Source: Sphingomonadaceae bacterium (GTDB lineage Bacteria > Pseudomonadota > Alphaproteobacteria > Sphingomonadales > Sphingomonadaceae). Taken from it: a stretch of 64,000 bases of DNA. Below the pieces are notes generated by a model, which did no database searches, had not been told where the DNA came from, and was given only the letters and a program-made list of their open reading frames with translations. Where the stretch lies: NCBI GenBank assembly GCA_947476425.1, contig CANJQJ010000013.1:384-64383 (forward strand). The letters run 5' to 3'. Positions 48,793-57,430 of this stretch are shown piece by piece. Every line of letters begins with the position of its first letter. The first letter of the stretch is position 1. A program made the position numbers and the translations under genes.

Positions 48793-50250
48793 TCAGGCAG
48801 GGCGTCGAATCAATGCCATAATATCCGCGACAACGCCGCGCGCGAAAATCAGCGTGAGCAGGACGTAGGTCGCAAAGCCGACCGCGACCATCCAGGCCAG
48901 ATGCAGCAATGGGGCGACTTCAGCCGGAAGGATGCGTTCCACCAGCATTATGCTGGCCGCCATGCCGAGCGTCGCCGGGATGGGCGACCACACCGCCTTG
49001 CCGACTTGGCCAAGCGTTGCGCCGATCACCGGCAGCGAGATCCACAGCGTGAACGCGGTCAGCAACGGGAACCCAATCCACCACGCCCGGGCGAGCCCGA
49101 TCGGTCCCTCATGCACGCCATAGAGAAAGGCGAGTGGCATGATCACAGCTCCAGCCATCGAACTGTAAGCGGTCAGCCGGGGCTTGCCTGCGGCGTTGGT
49201 CACTGGCGAACACATGATTTGCAGCGTCATGCAGGGCATCACCAGCGCGAGGCTCGTCACGACGACTGCGGTTTCGTGCCATTGTGGTCCGAGGATTATA
49301 TAGACGAGCGGTCCCGCGGTCATCGCCATGCCGATGTAGAAGGGCATGACCAGCGTCATGATCAGCCGCACGGCGTGCGTAAAGCCGCGGCTCACGGCGT
49401 CGCGATCGCTGCCCATGCGCGCATAGGCCGAAAAGGCGATGTCGTTGATCGGCGGCACGAACTTGGCGGTCAGCATCTGTGCCAGGAACAGCGAGGTGGT
49501 ATAAATTCCGAGCCGATGCGGATCGAGCGATCGACCGCCGATGAAGACGTCGGCCTGGGTCTGCAGGAACCAGAAGATGTAGCTGGTTGTGATCGTCAGC
49601 CCGAAGCTGATCGCATGGCCGAGCCCGCTGAATCGGAAGCTTGGCATCGGAATATTTCGTGCGGTGATGGCGAGCACGATAGCCCGGGTCCACACCATTG
49701 CGATCGGAGCGGCGACCAGCGCCCATACCCCGATGCCTGAAAGCGCCCCGGCCAGCGCCGTGCCAGCGCCGGCGAGGGCCGATACGAGATGCGCCAGCGC
49801 CTGCTTGCGAAAGTCCATCTCGCGGCTAAGCAAGGCCGTCGCGAGCGAGATTACCGGGGTGGCGACGTAAAGCAGCGTCTGTACGCGCAACAGATGTGCC
49901 ACCATCGGCTGGTGATAATAGGTTGCGACAAGCGACGCGCTGGCGAATTGGATCGCAGCGAGTCCGGCATTGAGAATGATGAGCAGTCCGAAAACCTTGC
50001 GGATCTCGTCATGCGTCACGGTTTCCTGCCGCACCAGCGCATTGGCGAAGCTGATGCCGCTGAACGTGGCGAGCAGCATGATCATGCTGTCGGTCATCGC
50101 ATAGAGGCCGTAGGCGGTCGGATCGAGCATCCGTATGACGAGAAAAGTCGAGGTCCATGCCACGATCTGGGCAAAGATCTGGCTGCCTGTCCGCCATATC
50201 AGGCTATCGACCACCTGTCGGCCGAGCCCCTGCGCTTGCGTACCTGTCAT
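48793..50250 (-). CDS. polysaccharide/oligosaccharide flippase (MOP superfamily, Wzx/PST-like)
   Basis: 485 aa with about 12-14 TM helices and an N-terminal pattern typical of the Polysacc_synt family. No other polysaccharide genes are adjacent. Confidence 0.72.
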   Translation of the reverse strand: MTGTQAQGLGRQVVDSLIWRTGSQIFAQIVAWTSTFLVIRMLDPTAYGLYAMTDSMIMLLATFSGISFANALVRQETVTHDEIRKVFGLLIILNAGLAAIQFASASLVATYYHQPMVAHLLRVQTLLYVATPVISLATALLSREMDFRKQALAHLVSALAGAGTALAGALSGIGVWALVAAPIAMVWTRAIVLAITARNIPMPSFRFSGLGHAISFGLTITTSYIFWFLQTQADVFIGGRSLDPHRLGIYTTSLFLAQMLTAKFVPPINDIAFSAYARMGSDRDAVSRGFTHAVRLIMTLVMPFYIGMAMTAGPLVYIILGPQWHETAVVVTSLALVMPCMTLQIMCSPVTNAAGKPRLTAYSSMAGAVIMPLAFLYGVHEGPIGLARAWWIGFPLLTAFTLWISLPVIGATLGQVGKAVWSPIPATLGMAASIMLVERILPAEVAPLLHLAWMVAVGFATYVLLTLIFARGVVADIMALIRRPA

Positions 50251-50350
50251 GCGCTTAGGGTTGGGCAGTTAAGGGACAGGTGCAACATGTGGGACAGCTC
50301 ACTTCCGGACTAGGTCGCACATTCAATAAGCGGGTCTGCCTAAGGATGCG

Positions 50351-50665
50351 TTAGCTTTGCGGCCCGAAGCGATCGCAAAGCATGCTGATCAGCGCATGAA
50401 CCTTTTCATCGGCCAGCCGATAATAGATCGTCGTCCCGTCGCGCCGTGTAGCGACCATCCCGCCTTCGCGCAGGCGGGCGAGGTGCTGGGAAATACTTGA
50501 TTGCGACAATGCGCAAAGATCGACAAGTTCCCCCACCGATGCCTCGCTTTGCATCATCCGGCAAAGCAACCGCAATCGCTGCTCATTTGCCAGCAACTTC
50601 AGCGTCTCCGCAGCCTCCGCGGCCCGCTCTACAAGCATTGCGACCGACATGTCGGGAGGAATCAT
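50351..50665 (-). CDS. ArsR/SmtB-family transcriptional regulator
   Basis: LKLLANEQRLRLLCRMM...VGELVDLCALSQSSISQHLARLREGGMV winged HTH. 104 aa. Confidence 0.82.
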   Translation of the reverse strand: MIPPDMSVAMLVERAAEAAETLKLLANEQRLRLLCRMMQSEASVGELVDLCALSQSSISQHLARLREGGMVATRRDGTTIYYRLADEKVHALISMLCDRFGPQS

Positions 50666-50825
50666 AAGCGGGCACTCCTCTCACCATTCCGAGGATCGGG
50701 ACGATCGACGGGCTGACCAGCACTATAAGCAGGAGCCGCGATGCAAAGCCGAACAACGATAATTTTGCAACCCCTGGAAGGTCATGCGCCCAAATTTGGC
50801 CAGGCCAACTCGCCACAACCCATTA

Positions 50826-50840
50826 GAACATATTGGCAAC
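50826..50840 (+). promoter_or_regulatory. possible degenerate SOS box (GAAC-N7-CAAC) upstream of dinB
   Basis: gaacatattggcaac lies 51 nt upstream of the dinB GTG start. It has one mismatch to GAAC-N7-GAAC. Confidence 0.3.
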
Positions 50841-50890
50841 GTCATAACGACGCGTTACCGTCGCTCTCGCAATGACGGGAGCGAGTTTTC

Positions 50891-51988
50891 GTGGATAGCA
50901 GCCCGGCCGAGCCACCGCCCCAGCGCAAGATCATCCATATCGACATGGATGCCTTTTTCGCGTCGGTCGAACAGCGTGACGATCCCAGGCTTCGTGGCAA
51001 ACCAGTGGCAGTCGGCTTCGCCGCAGCGCGCGGCGTGGTGGCGGCAGCGAGCTACGAAGCGCGCAGGTTTGGCGTTAAATCGGCAATGCCGTCCGTGACC
51101 GCACTGCGTCGCTGCCCAGATCTGATTTTCGTGCCGCCGCGCTTTGAGGTCTATCATATTGTGTCGCAACAAATCCGAGCGATCTTCGCCGACTATACAA
51201 ACCTGATCGAGCCGCTTTCGCTCGACGAGGCGTATCTCGACGTGACCGAGGATCGACATGGCCTGGGTTCGGCGCGAGCGATTGCCGAGGAAATCCGCGC
51301 GCGTATCAGGACGGATACCGGACTCACCGCCTCAGCCGGCGTTTCCTACAACAAGTTCATTGCCAAGCTGGCATCGGACCAGAACAAGCCCGATGGTATC
51401 TGCGTGATACCGCCATCCAAGGGCGCAAGCTTCGTCGCAGGGCTACCGGTACGGCGATTCCATGGGGTTGGCCCGGTCACTGCGGCGAAGATGGAACAGT
51501 TGGGCATATTAACTGGCGCCGACTTGCGCGAGCGCTCGATCAAGTTTCTTCAGCGTCATTTCGGAAGCAGCGCTTCCTATCTATATGGCGCGGCACGCGG
51601 CGATGATCTGCGCCCCGTACGTCCAGATCGTCCACTCAAGTCGGTCGGTGCGGAACGTACGCTGGACCATGACATTACCGAAATCGACGACCTGATCGCC
51701 GTGCTCGAGCGCGTGGTCGACGCCGCCTGGGAAAGGGTCGATCGCCACGGGGCCCGGGGCCGCACCGCAACACTCAAGATCCGCTATGCGGATTTCCGCC
51801 AGATCACCCGCTCTCGCTCGATTCCCGGTGGCTTTTCCGATCGCAAGGCGTTTGCCGATGCCGGCCGTGAATTATTGCGGGCGATCTGTCCCGTAGAGCG
51901 TGGAATTCGCCTCGTCGGGATGACATTATCGGGCATCATTCCGGCCAATTGCGAAGATCAAACGCCGCAAACTTCATTGCCTCTGTAA
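50891..51988 (+). CDS. dinB: DNA polymerase IV (Y-family)
   Basis: KIIHIDMDAFFASVEQRDDPRLRGKPVAV, SLDEAYLDVT and the rest of the Y-family palm/finger/little-finger pattern. GTG start. Confidence 0.88.
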   Translation: MDSSPAEPPPQRKIIHIDMDAFFASVEQRDDPRLRGKPVAVGFAAARGVVAAASYEARRFGVKSAMPSVTALRRCPDLIFVPPRFEVYHIVSQQIRAIFADYTNLIEPLSLDEAYLDVTEDRHGLGSARAIAEEIRARIRTDTGLTASAGVSYNKFIAKLASDQNKPDGICVIPPSKGASFVAGLPVRRFHGVGPVTAAKMEQLGILTGADLRERSIKFLQRHFGSSASYLYGAARGDDLRPVRPDRPLKSVGAERTLDHDITEIDDLIAVLERVVDAAWERVDRHGARGRTATLKIRYADFRQITRSRSIPGGFSDRKAFADAGRELLRAICPVERGIRLVGMTLSGIIPANCEDQTPQTSLPL

Positions 51989-52128
51989 ACGGTTTGTCTG
52001 GGCGGGGGGGGGCACCATCCCGCCGCCGTCCAGAGTACATAAAGATTTAAACTGACCATGATATCCGGAATTTCTCAAATGGTCGGCTTCTACGGTAATG
52101 CGATGTCCCATGAGATGAACAAAGCATA

Positions 52129-52520
52129 ATGGCCAATTCGGATAATCTCGCACTCCCGCTCCATTATCACAGCCAAGCAACGCCCCAAAACCATGCAATT
52201 CACGCGGCTGGCCGAGATTATAATTATGGGGATGCCGCGATTGTAGCTCGGAGACTCGCGGGCCTTTTCCAAAGCGTGAGAAGCACGGGACGAGTCGGAA
52301 TATTGGCATCTCGCAGCTTCGCCGCCTGCATCGGCATACTCGGTGCGGCATGGGCAGGCGCCACCTATGTTCCGCTCAATCTCAAGCTGCCCGAGGAACG
52401 GCTGCTCCGCCTGCTGGAGGTGCTCGAACTCGACGCGCTTGTCGTCGATGCCCGCGGCGCCAAGCTGTTGACTCCCTCGGTTCTCAACATTGCCCCGAAG
52501 ACCATCGTGGTTGCGGATGA
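52129..52520 (+). pseudogene. remnant of an AMP-dependent synthetase/adenylation-domain gene (N-terminal ~130 codons only)
   Basis: ...GRDYNYGDAAIVARRLAGLFQSVRSTGRVGILASRSFAACIGILGAAWAGATYVPLNLKLPEERLLRLLEVLELDALVV matches the start of adenylation domains. The TSGTTG core and everything after it are missing. The frame then runs meaninglessly over the next gene. The 5' part is AT-rich. Confidence 0.4.
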
Positions 52521-53401
52521 AGCGCAGGATTGGCGCCGTCGCGGCCGTGGCGATTGCCGCTGCGGCCCTGCTCGGCGGTGCCGCTCCGGATGCGGGCTCG
52601 CAATTGCTTTGCTCGGCTGCGATCGGCGGCATGGCCTATGTGCCAGCCGGCAAGGTACTCTACGGCGAGGATGGCACCGGCCGGCCAGGGCAAAAAATCG
52701 ATGTTCCGGCCTTCTGGATCGACCGCGAGGAAGTCACCAACCACCAGTTCGCCGCCTTTGCCGAGGCGACGGGTTATGTGACGACTGCCGAGCACGAGGG
52801 CGGCTCGGCGGTTTTCATATCCCCTGGGAAATGGAACGGCGATTATGACCCGAGCCAGTGGTGGCGCTTCGTGAAGGGTGCGTCCTGGCGTCATCCGCAG
52901 GGTCCCGACAGCGATATCGTCGGCAAGGATTGGCTACCGGTCGTCCATGTGACGTACGAGGACGCGCTCGCCTATGCCCGCTGGGCCGGGCGGGAGCTGC
53001 CCGATGCGGTCCAGTGGGAACGCGCGGCGCGAAGCGACCAGGACGCGCCGCACGATCCCTATCGCTGGGCCTACAATGCCGACGGCAAGCCGATTGCCAA
53101 CAGCTGGCAGGGTGTCTTCCCCGCCGTCGATACTGCCAGCGACGGCTATGCTGGCATCGCTCCGGTTGGTTGCTTCCCGGGCAATGCGTTCGGGATTCAC
53201 GACATGATCGGCAATGTCTGGGAATGGACCAGCGGCGCGGCCGGTGCGGATGGGCGCGAGCGGCTGCTCAAGGGCGGATCATTCCTGTGCGCGTTCAACT
53301 ATTGCCAGAATTTTCGTGCCGCCGCCTTCCAGGCGCAGGAGCGCGACCTCGGTGCATCGCATATCGGCTTCAGGACAATCAGCCGGTCGCCGCCGGCCTG
53401 A
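52517..53401 (+). CDS. formylglycine-generating enzyme (SUMF1/FGE-sulfatase domain) family protein, exported
   Basis: Signal-like MKRRIGAVAAVAIAAAALLGG. EVTNHQFAAF, HDMIGNVWEWT, LKGGSF and GFR motifs of the FGE domain. Confidence 0.8.
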   Translation: MKRRIGAVAAVAIAAAALLGGAAPDAGSQLLCSAAIGGMAYVPAGKVLYGEDGTGRPGQKIDVPAFWIDREEVTNHQFAAFAEATGYVTTAEHEGGSAVFISPGKWNGDYDPSQWWRFVKGASWRHPQGPDSDIVGKDWLPVVHVTYEDALAYARWAGRELPDAVQWERAARSDQDAPHDPYRWAYNADGKPIANSWQGVFPAVDTASDGYAGIAPVGCFPGNAFGIHDMIGNVWEWTSGAAGADGRERLLKGGSFLCAFNYCQNFRAAAFQAQERDLGASHIGFRTISRSPPA

Positions 53402-53404
53402 TCC

Positions 53405-53845
53405 CTATTCCGCCGATACGGGATGCCCGCCTGCCATCGCGGCGGCTTCGGCAAGCGATGTCCGATCGAGGATCGCGCTGACTTCATCGCGGACGCTCGC
53501 CATCACCTGGCGGATCGCACAGAGCTCCTCGCTGACACAGTCGTCACAGCGGCGGTAGAAATTCTTGCTGACGCACGGCACGAGCGCGAGCGGGCCATCT
53601 GTCGCGCGAATGATATCGCCGAACATGATCTGCTCCGGCGGGCGCGCGAGGACATAGCCGCCGAACTTGCCGCGCAGGCTGGTGACAAGATTGGCACGGC
53701 GCAGGTCCGACATGATCGCCTCAAGGAACTTGCGCGGGATCTTTTCGGATTCGGCAATGGCAGTCACCTGGCACGGCGTGCTGTCGTCGGCACGCGCCAG
53801 ATGTGTCAGCGCCTTCAGTGCATAGCGGCCGCGTTGAGATAGCAA
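53405..53845 (-). CDS. Rrf2-family transcriptional regulator (Cys-cluster type)
   Basis: MLSQRGRYALKALTHLA... HTH and a C-x9-C-x2-C-x5-C cysteine region (CVSKNFYRRCDDCVSEELC). Confidence 0.85.
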   Translation of the reverse strand: MLSQRGRYALKALTHLARADDSTPCQVTAIAESEKIPRKFLEAIMSDLRRANLVTSLRGKFGGYVLARPPEQIMFGDIIRATDGPLALVPCVSKNFYRRCDDCVSEELCAIRQVMASVRDEVSAILDRTSLAEAAAMAGGHPVSAE

Positions 53846-54042
53846 TTCGGTCTCGGTTCTTCTCGATCTCTTGGGATATCGACCTAGCCGATCCCAGCAG
53901 GCTTTGCGAACAAAACGTCAGCATACGCCCCGTTCGCTCGGCACCGGCCGAGCATAGCCGCGCTTTACGCAGGGCTAAATCATCTTTGTCATCCTACGAT
54001 TTCACTATGATATGGTCGGGACCATTCACTGGAGAATGGCTC

Positions 54043-54681
54043 ATGTCCGAAATCGCTGCTTCCCAAACGCGCTGCCTGATCGTTCCTGGCCTGCACAATA
54101 GCGGACCACGCCACTGGCAGACCCGGTGGGAGGAGGTGCGCGAGGATTGCGTGCGCGTTGATCTCGGCGCCTGGAGCAATCCGCATCGCAGTCACTGGAT
54201 TACCAAGCTGGATCTCGCGATCGCCTATTCGGACCGCCCGGTCGTTCTCGTCGGTCACAGCCTCGGCTGCCTCGCCATTGCCTGGTGGGCCGCGCTGGCC
54301 GATCAGGAGCGGTTGGCCCAGATTGCCGGTGCGCTGCTGGTAGCTCCGCCCGATGTAGAGCGAGACCATGCCAAGGACGTTCTCCAGCGCTTCGCTCCCG
54401 CGCCCAAGGTGGAATTTCCATTCCGGGCACTCCTCGTCGCCAGCCGTGACGACCCTTACGCGACGCCTGAACGTTCCCGGATTTTTGCGCGGCGCTGGGG
54501 CGCGGAGTTCGTCGATGCGGGATTTCTCGGCCACATCAACTCCGACTCCTTCCTGGGTGATTGGCCGGATGGACAGCGGCTGCTGGATCAGCTCACCGGC
54601 CGGACCTCGGCGCGGCCCGAGATGCAGCTCGGCGCATCGGTTGCGTTGAATCCATGGGCTACGGACCAACGGACACAATAA
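54043..54681 (+). CDS. alpha/beta hydrolase, RBBP9/YdeN-like serine hydrolase family
   Basis: IVPGLHNSGPRHWQTRWE and GHSLGC nucleophile elbow. GGAG RBS lies before the ATG at 54043. The longer tracked ORF from 53803 is an extension. Confidence 0.75.
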   Translation: MSEIAASQTRCLIVPGLHNSGPRHWQTRWEEVREDCVRVDLGAWSNPHRSHWITKLDLAIAYSDRPVVLVGHSLGCLAIAWWAALADQERLAQIAGALLVAPPDVERDHAKDVLQRFAPAPKVEFPFRALLVASRDDPYATPERSRIFARRWGAEFVDAGFLGHINSDSFLGDWPDGQRLLDQLTGRTSARPEMQLGASVALNPWATDQRTQ

Positions 54682-54755
54682 ATCCGTCGGGAGCAACATT
54701 CCACGCTCGACCCCGCGCACCGCATCGGCCCATATTGGCCCGAGAGGAGAGTGGA

Positions 54756-56000
54756 ATGCGCGGAAGCAAGGCTTGCCCGGTCCAGTTCGATCATCACAGC
54801 GAGGCATATGCCAATGACTGGATCGGCATGTTCCGCTCGGTTCGATCGGAATGCCCAGTGGCGTGGAGCGATTCTTACGGCGGATTCTGGCTTCTCTCGC
54901 GCTACGAGGATGTCGTCAAAGTAGCGCGCGACGACCGTCATTTCTCCCAAGCGAAGCATCATGATGCGGAAGGTCGCGCATATCAGGGCGCTTTGGTGCC
55001 CTCGTTCGGGCCGGTCTCGGTCCCGTTCGAGCTCGATCCGCCAGAACATGGCAAATATCGCGCGTTATTCGGGCCCTTGCTCTCACCCGATGCCGTTCGG
55101 GCGCTCGAGCCTCGTATCCACAAGCTGGTCGACGAAGCAATCGATGGCATCATCGAGGCCGGACGTGGCGATCTCATGCTCGATGTTGCAGAAATCGTAC
55201 CCGCATTCCTGACCGCCGATTTGCTCGGCTTCACCCGCGACGAGGCGATGCGGCTGTGTGACGTGGCGCACAAGGTTGTTTACGTGCCTCCTAACTCAGC
55301 GGATTTTGCCGAAGTGGAGGCCGGGCTTGCGTGGCTGGATGGGCGCATCAAGGAACTCATCGCGGAACGCCGTTCGGAGCCGCGCGATGACGTGATCAGC
55401 TATTTCGTTCACGCCGAGGTCGATGGCGAACGTGTTTCGGAACTGCGTGCCAACCAGATGATCGGCCAGTTCATATTCGGCGGCGTCGATACAACGGGGT
55501 CTTTCACCTCCACCGCATTGATGTACCTGCATGACCATCCAGAGGACCGGGCGTGGCTGTGCGAGGATCTTTCGCGCATTCCAGCGGCGGTAGAGGAGTT
55601 GCTGCGCTACTTCACCACTGCCCAGCATGCCGCGCGCACCGTGATCGAGCCAGTGGAAATCGGCGGACAAATGATGCAGCCGGGTGATCGCGTCATGATG
55701 TCGTGGGCCGCAGCCAATCATGATCCGGCGCGCTTCGAGCGGCCGGACGAGGTCATCCTCGATCGCCGGCCGGGCTATCATATGACCTTCGGAGTCGGCG
55801 CGCATACCTGCATGGGTCTTCATCTCGGTCGACGCCAGTCGCAGATCATTATCTCGGAAGTGCTCAGGCGGATGCCCGACTATCGAGTCGCCGAGAGTGG
55901 TGCCGAGCGGTATCCCTCCATCGGGGTGATCAATGGCTGGATTTCAATTCCGGTGACTTTCACGCCCGGCAAGACTTCAGGCGCCAGCGTAGCGGGCTGA
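54756..56000 (+). CDS. cytochrome P450 (number 1)
   Basis: Heme loop FGVGAHTCMGLHLGR, I-helix GGVDTTG and EELLRY (ExxR). GAGGAGAG RBS lies before the ATG at 54756. Confidence 0.88.
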   Translation: MRGSKACPVQFDHHSEAYANDWIGMFRSVRSECPVAWSDSYGGFWLLSRYEDVVKVARDDRHFSQAKHHDAEGRAYQGALVPSFGPVSVPFELDPPEHGKYRALFGPLLSPDAVRALEPRIHKLVDEAIDGIIEAGRGDLMLDVAEIVPAFLTADLLGFTRDEAMRLCDVAHKVVYVPPNSADFAEVEAGLAWLDGRIKELIAERRSEPRDDVISYFVHAEVDGERVSELRANQMIGQFIFGGVDTTGSFTSTALMYLHDHPEDRAWLCEDLSRIPAAVEELLRYFTTAQHAARTVIEPVEIGGQMMQPGDRVMMSWAAANHDPARFERPDEVILDRRPGYHMTFGVGAHTCMGLHLGRRQSQIIISEVLRRMPDYRVAESGAERYPSIGVINGWISIPVTFTPGKTSGASVAG

Positions 56001-56275
56001 CAGGCCGGCCGAAAGGATAGCAGGAAGCGATGTCCGCTGACATGATAACGCATGCCATAAAATAGCTGTGGTCCGTTGGCCTGAGGATCGATTGGCTGCA
56101 TCTCGATCCGTTCGCGATACACTCGGCGCTCTGGACCATCGGCCTTGGGATTGAGGTCCACGCCGCGATCGCCTTCCCAGATGCCCGCCAACCGGCGCAA
56201 CGGACCGAGATTGGCCAGGGTGTTGGGATCAACATCGCTGGGCTCCGTAAATATGTCGTCCGGGAATTCAGCCAT
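55880..56275 (-). pseudogene. truncated heme-binding beta-barrel (nitrobindin/DUF1794-like) gene remnant
   Basis: The first ~85 codons (LGPLRRLAGIWEGDRGVDLNPKADGPERRVYRERIEMQPIDPQANGPQLFYGMRYH) look like the N-terminal half of this family as I recall it. After about 56030 the frame runs 120 nt into the 3' end of the convergent P450 gene with no family-like sequence. Confidence 0.35.
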
Positions 56276-56529
56276 CAAATTTCTCCCCAAGCCCCTGCCG
56301 AAGCGCCATCCTAGGGATAGTCATCGGCGCAAAGCACATTTGGCCGGTGTAATTGGAAGCCGCAAGCGCTTCCGAAACAGCCAATCCAAATTTGCACGCG
56401 TTGAAATGACGCCCCCCTCCGTGGAAAGTTTTCGGCCAAAGCGCTACTGTTCGAGTCATAATCGATATGGGGCGCGGCTCTATCGGTAGAACGGCATCAC
56501 AAAGAAACAGGTTTGGTGAGAGGTAGGAA

Positions 56530-57372
56530 ATGCCGAACATTGGCACGAGTGAACGCCCCGAACTTCCGCTTGCCGTAGTCGTCGGTGCCGGTGGCATGGG
56601 AATGGCCGTTGCGCGCAGGTTGGGGCAATCCAACCGCCTCCTGATCGCGGATCGCAACGCGGCGCATCTCGAAGTCCAATTGGCAGGCTTGAAGGTCGAG
56701 GGCTACGATGCAGCCACGATCACATGCGATGTGGCCAATGCGAACGATGTCCAGGCACTGGCCGCTCGCGCCAAAGCATTGGGCCCGGTTCGCGTGCTCG
56801 CGCATGTCGTCGGCCTCTCGCCCAGCATGGGTGATTTCCGAACGATCATGACGGTCAATCTCACCGGGGCATGCCGCGTTGCCGATGCGATGCTTCCGAT
56901 CGTCGCCCCCGGTGCCTGCGCGCTCTTCATCTCCTCGATGGCAGGGCATCTGCGCAATTTCGGGCCCGAGTTGGAAGCGGTTCTCGATGCGCCGCTCGAA
57001 AGCGACTTCCTCGATCGCGTTGAAGCGCTCCTGCAGGAGCCGACGACATCTATCTTGGCCTATATGTTGACCAAGTCTTCGTTGAATCGCATGTGTCGCC
57101 GCAAGGCCAAGGAATGGGGCGACCGCGGTGCGCGCATCGTGTCGCTTTCGCCGGGATTGATCGCAACGCCAATGGGAGCGCTCGAATTCGAACGCCAGCC
57201 CGCCAAATTCGACCTGCTGGCCGCGACGCCGATCCAGCGCGAGGGCACGATGCTGGAAATCGCCAACGTGGTCGAATTTCTGTGCTCCGAAAAGGCATCC
57301 TTCATCTCTGGAACCGACATCCTTGTCGATGGCGGGCTTACCGGCACATTGCAAACCGCATCCACGGCGTAA
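56530..57372 (+). CDS. short-chain dehydrogenase/reductase (SDR) family oxidoreductase
   Basis: VVGAGGMGMAVARRL dinucleotide motif, a Y-x3-K region (AYMLTKSSL) and a C-terminal SDR pattern (ISGTDILVDGG). Confidence 0.8.
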   Translation: MPNIGTSERPELPLAVVVGAGGMGMAVARRLGQSNRLLIADRNAAHLEVQLAGLKVEGYDAATITCDVANANDVQALAARAKALGPVRVLAHVVGLSPSMGDFRTIMTVNLTGACRVADAMLPIVAPGACALFISSMAGHLRNFGPELEAVLDAPLESDFLDRVEALLQEPTTSILAYMLTKSSLNRMCRRKAKEWGDRGARIVSLSPGLIATPMGALEFERQPAKFDLLAATPIQREGTMLEIANVVEFLCSEKASFISGTDILVDGGLTGTLQTASTA

Positions 57373-57430
57373 CTCTCAAGTAATCGGCGGATCTCCCTTA
57401 AGGCGGGCGGAACCGGCACCGTTGCCGGGC

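Noticed and set aside
48298-49740. 480-aa plus-strand ORF across mobA and the flippase gene
   Set aside because: It is antisense to two well-supported genes and spans their intergenic gap. Its composition is Arg/His/Gln/Asp-rich and non-protein-like.
52521-52848. Distal part of the tracked 239-aa ORF starting at 52129
   Set aside because: After about residue 130 the translation (RRRGRGDCRCGPARRCRSGCG...) is junk overlapping the FGE-family gene in another frame. Only the proximal part is kept, as a pseudogene remnant.
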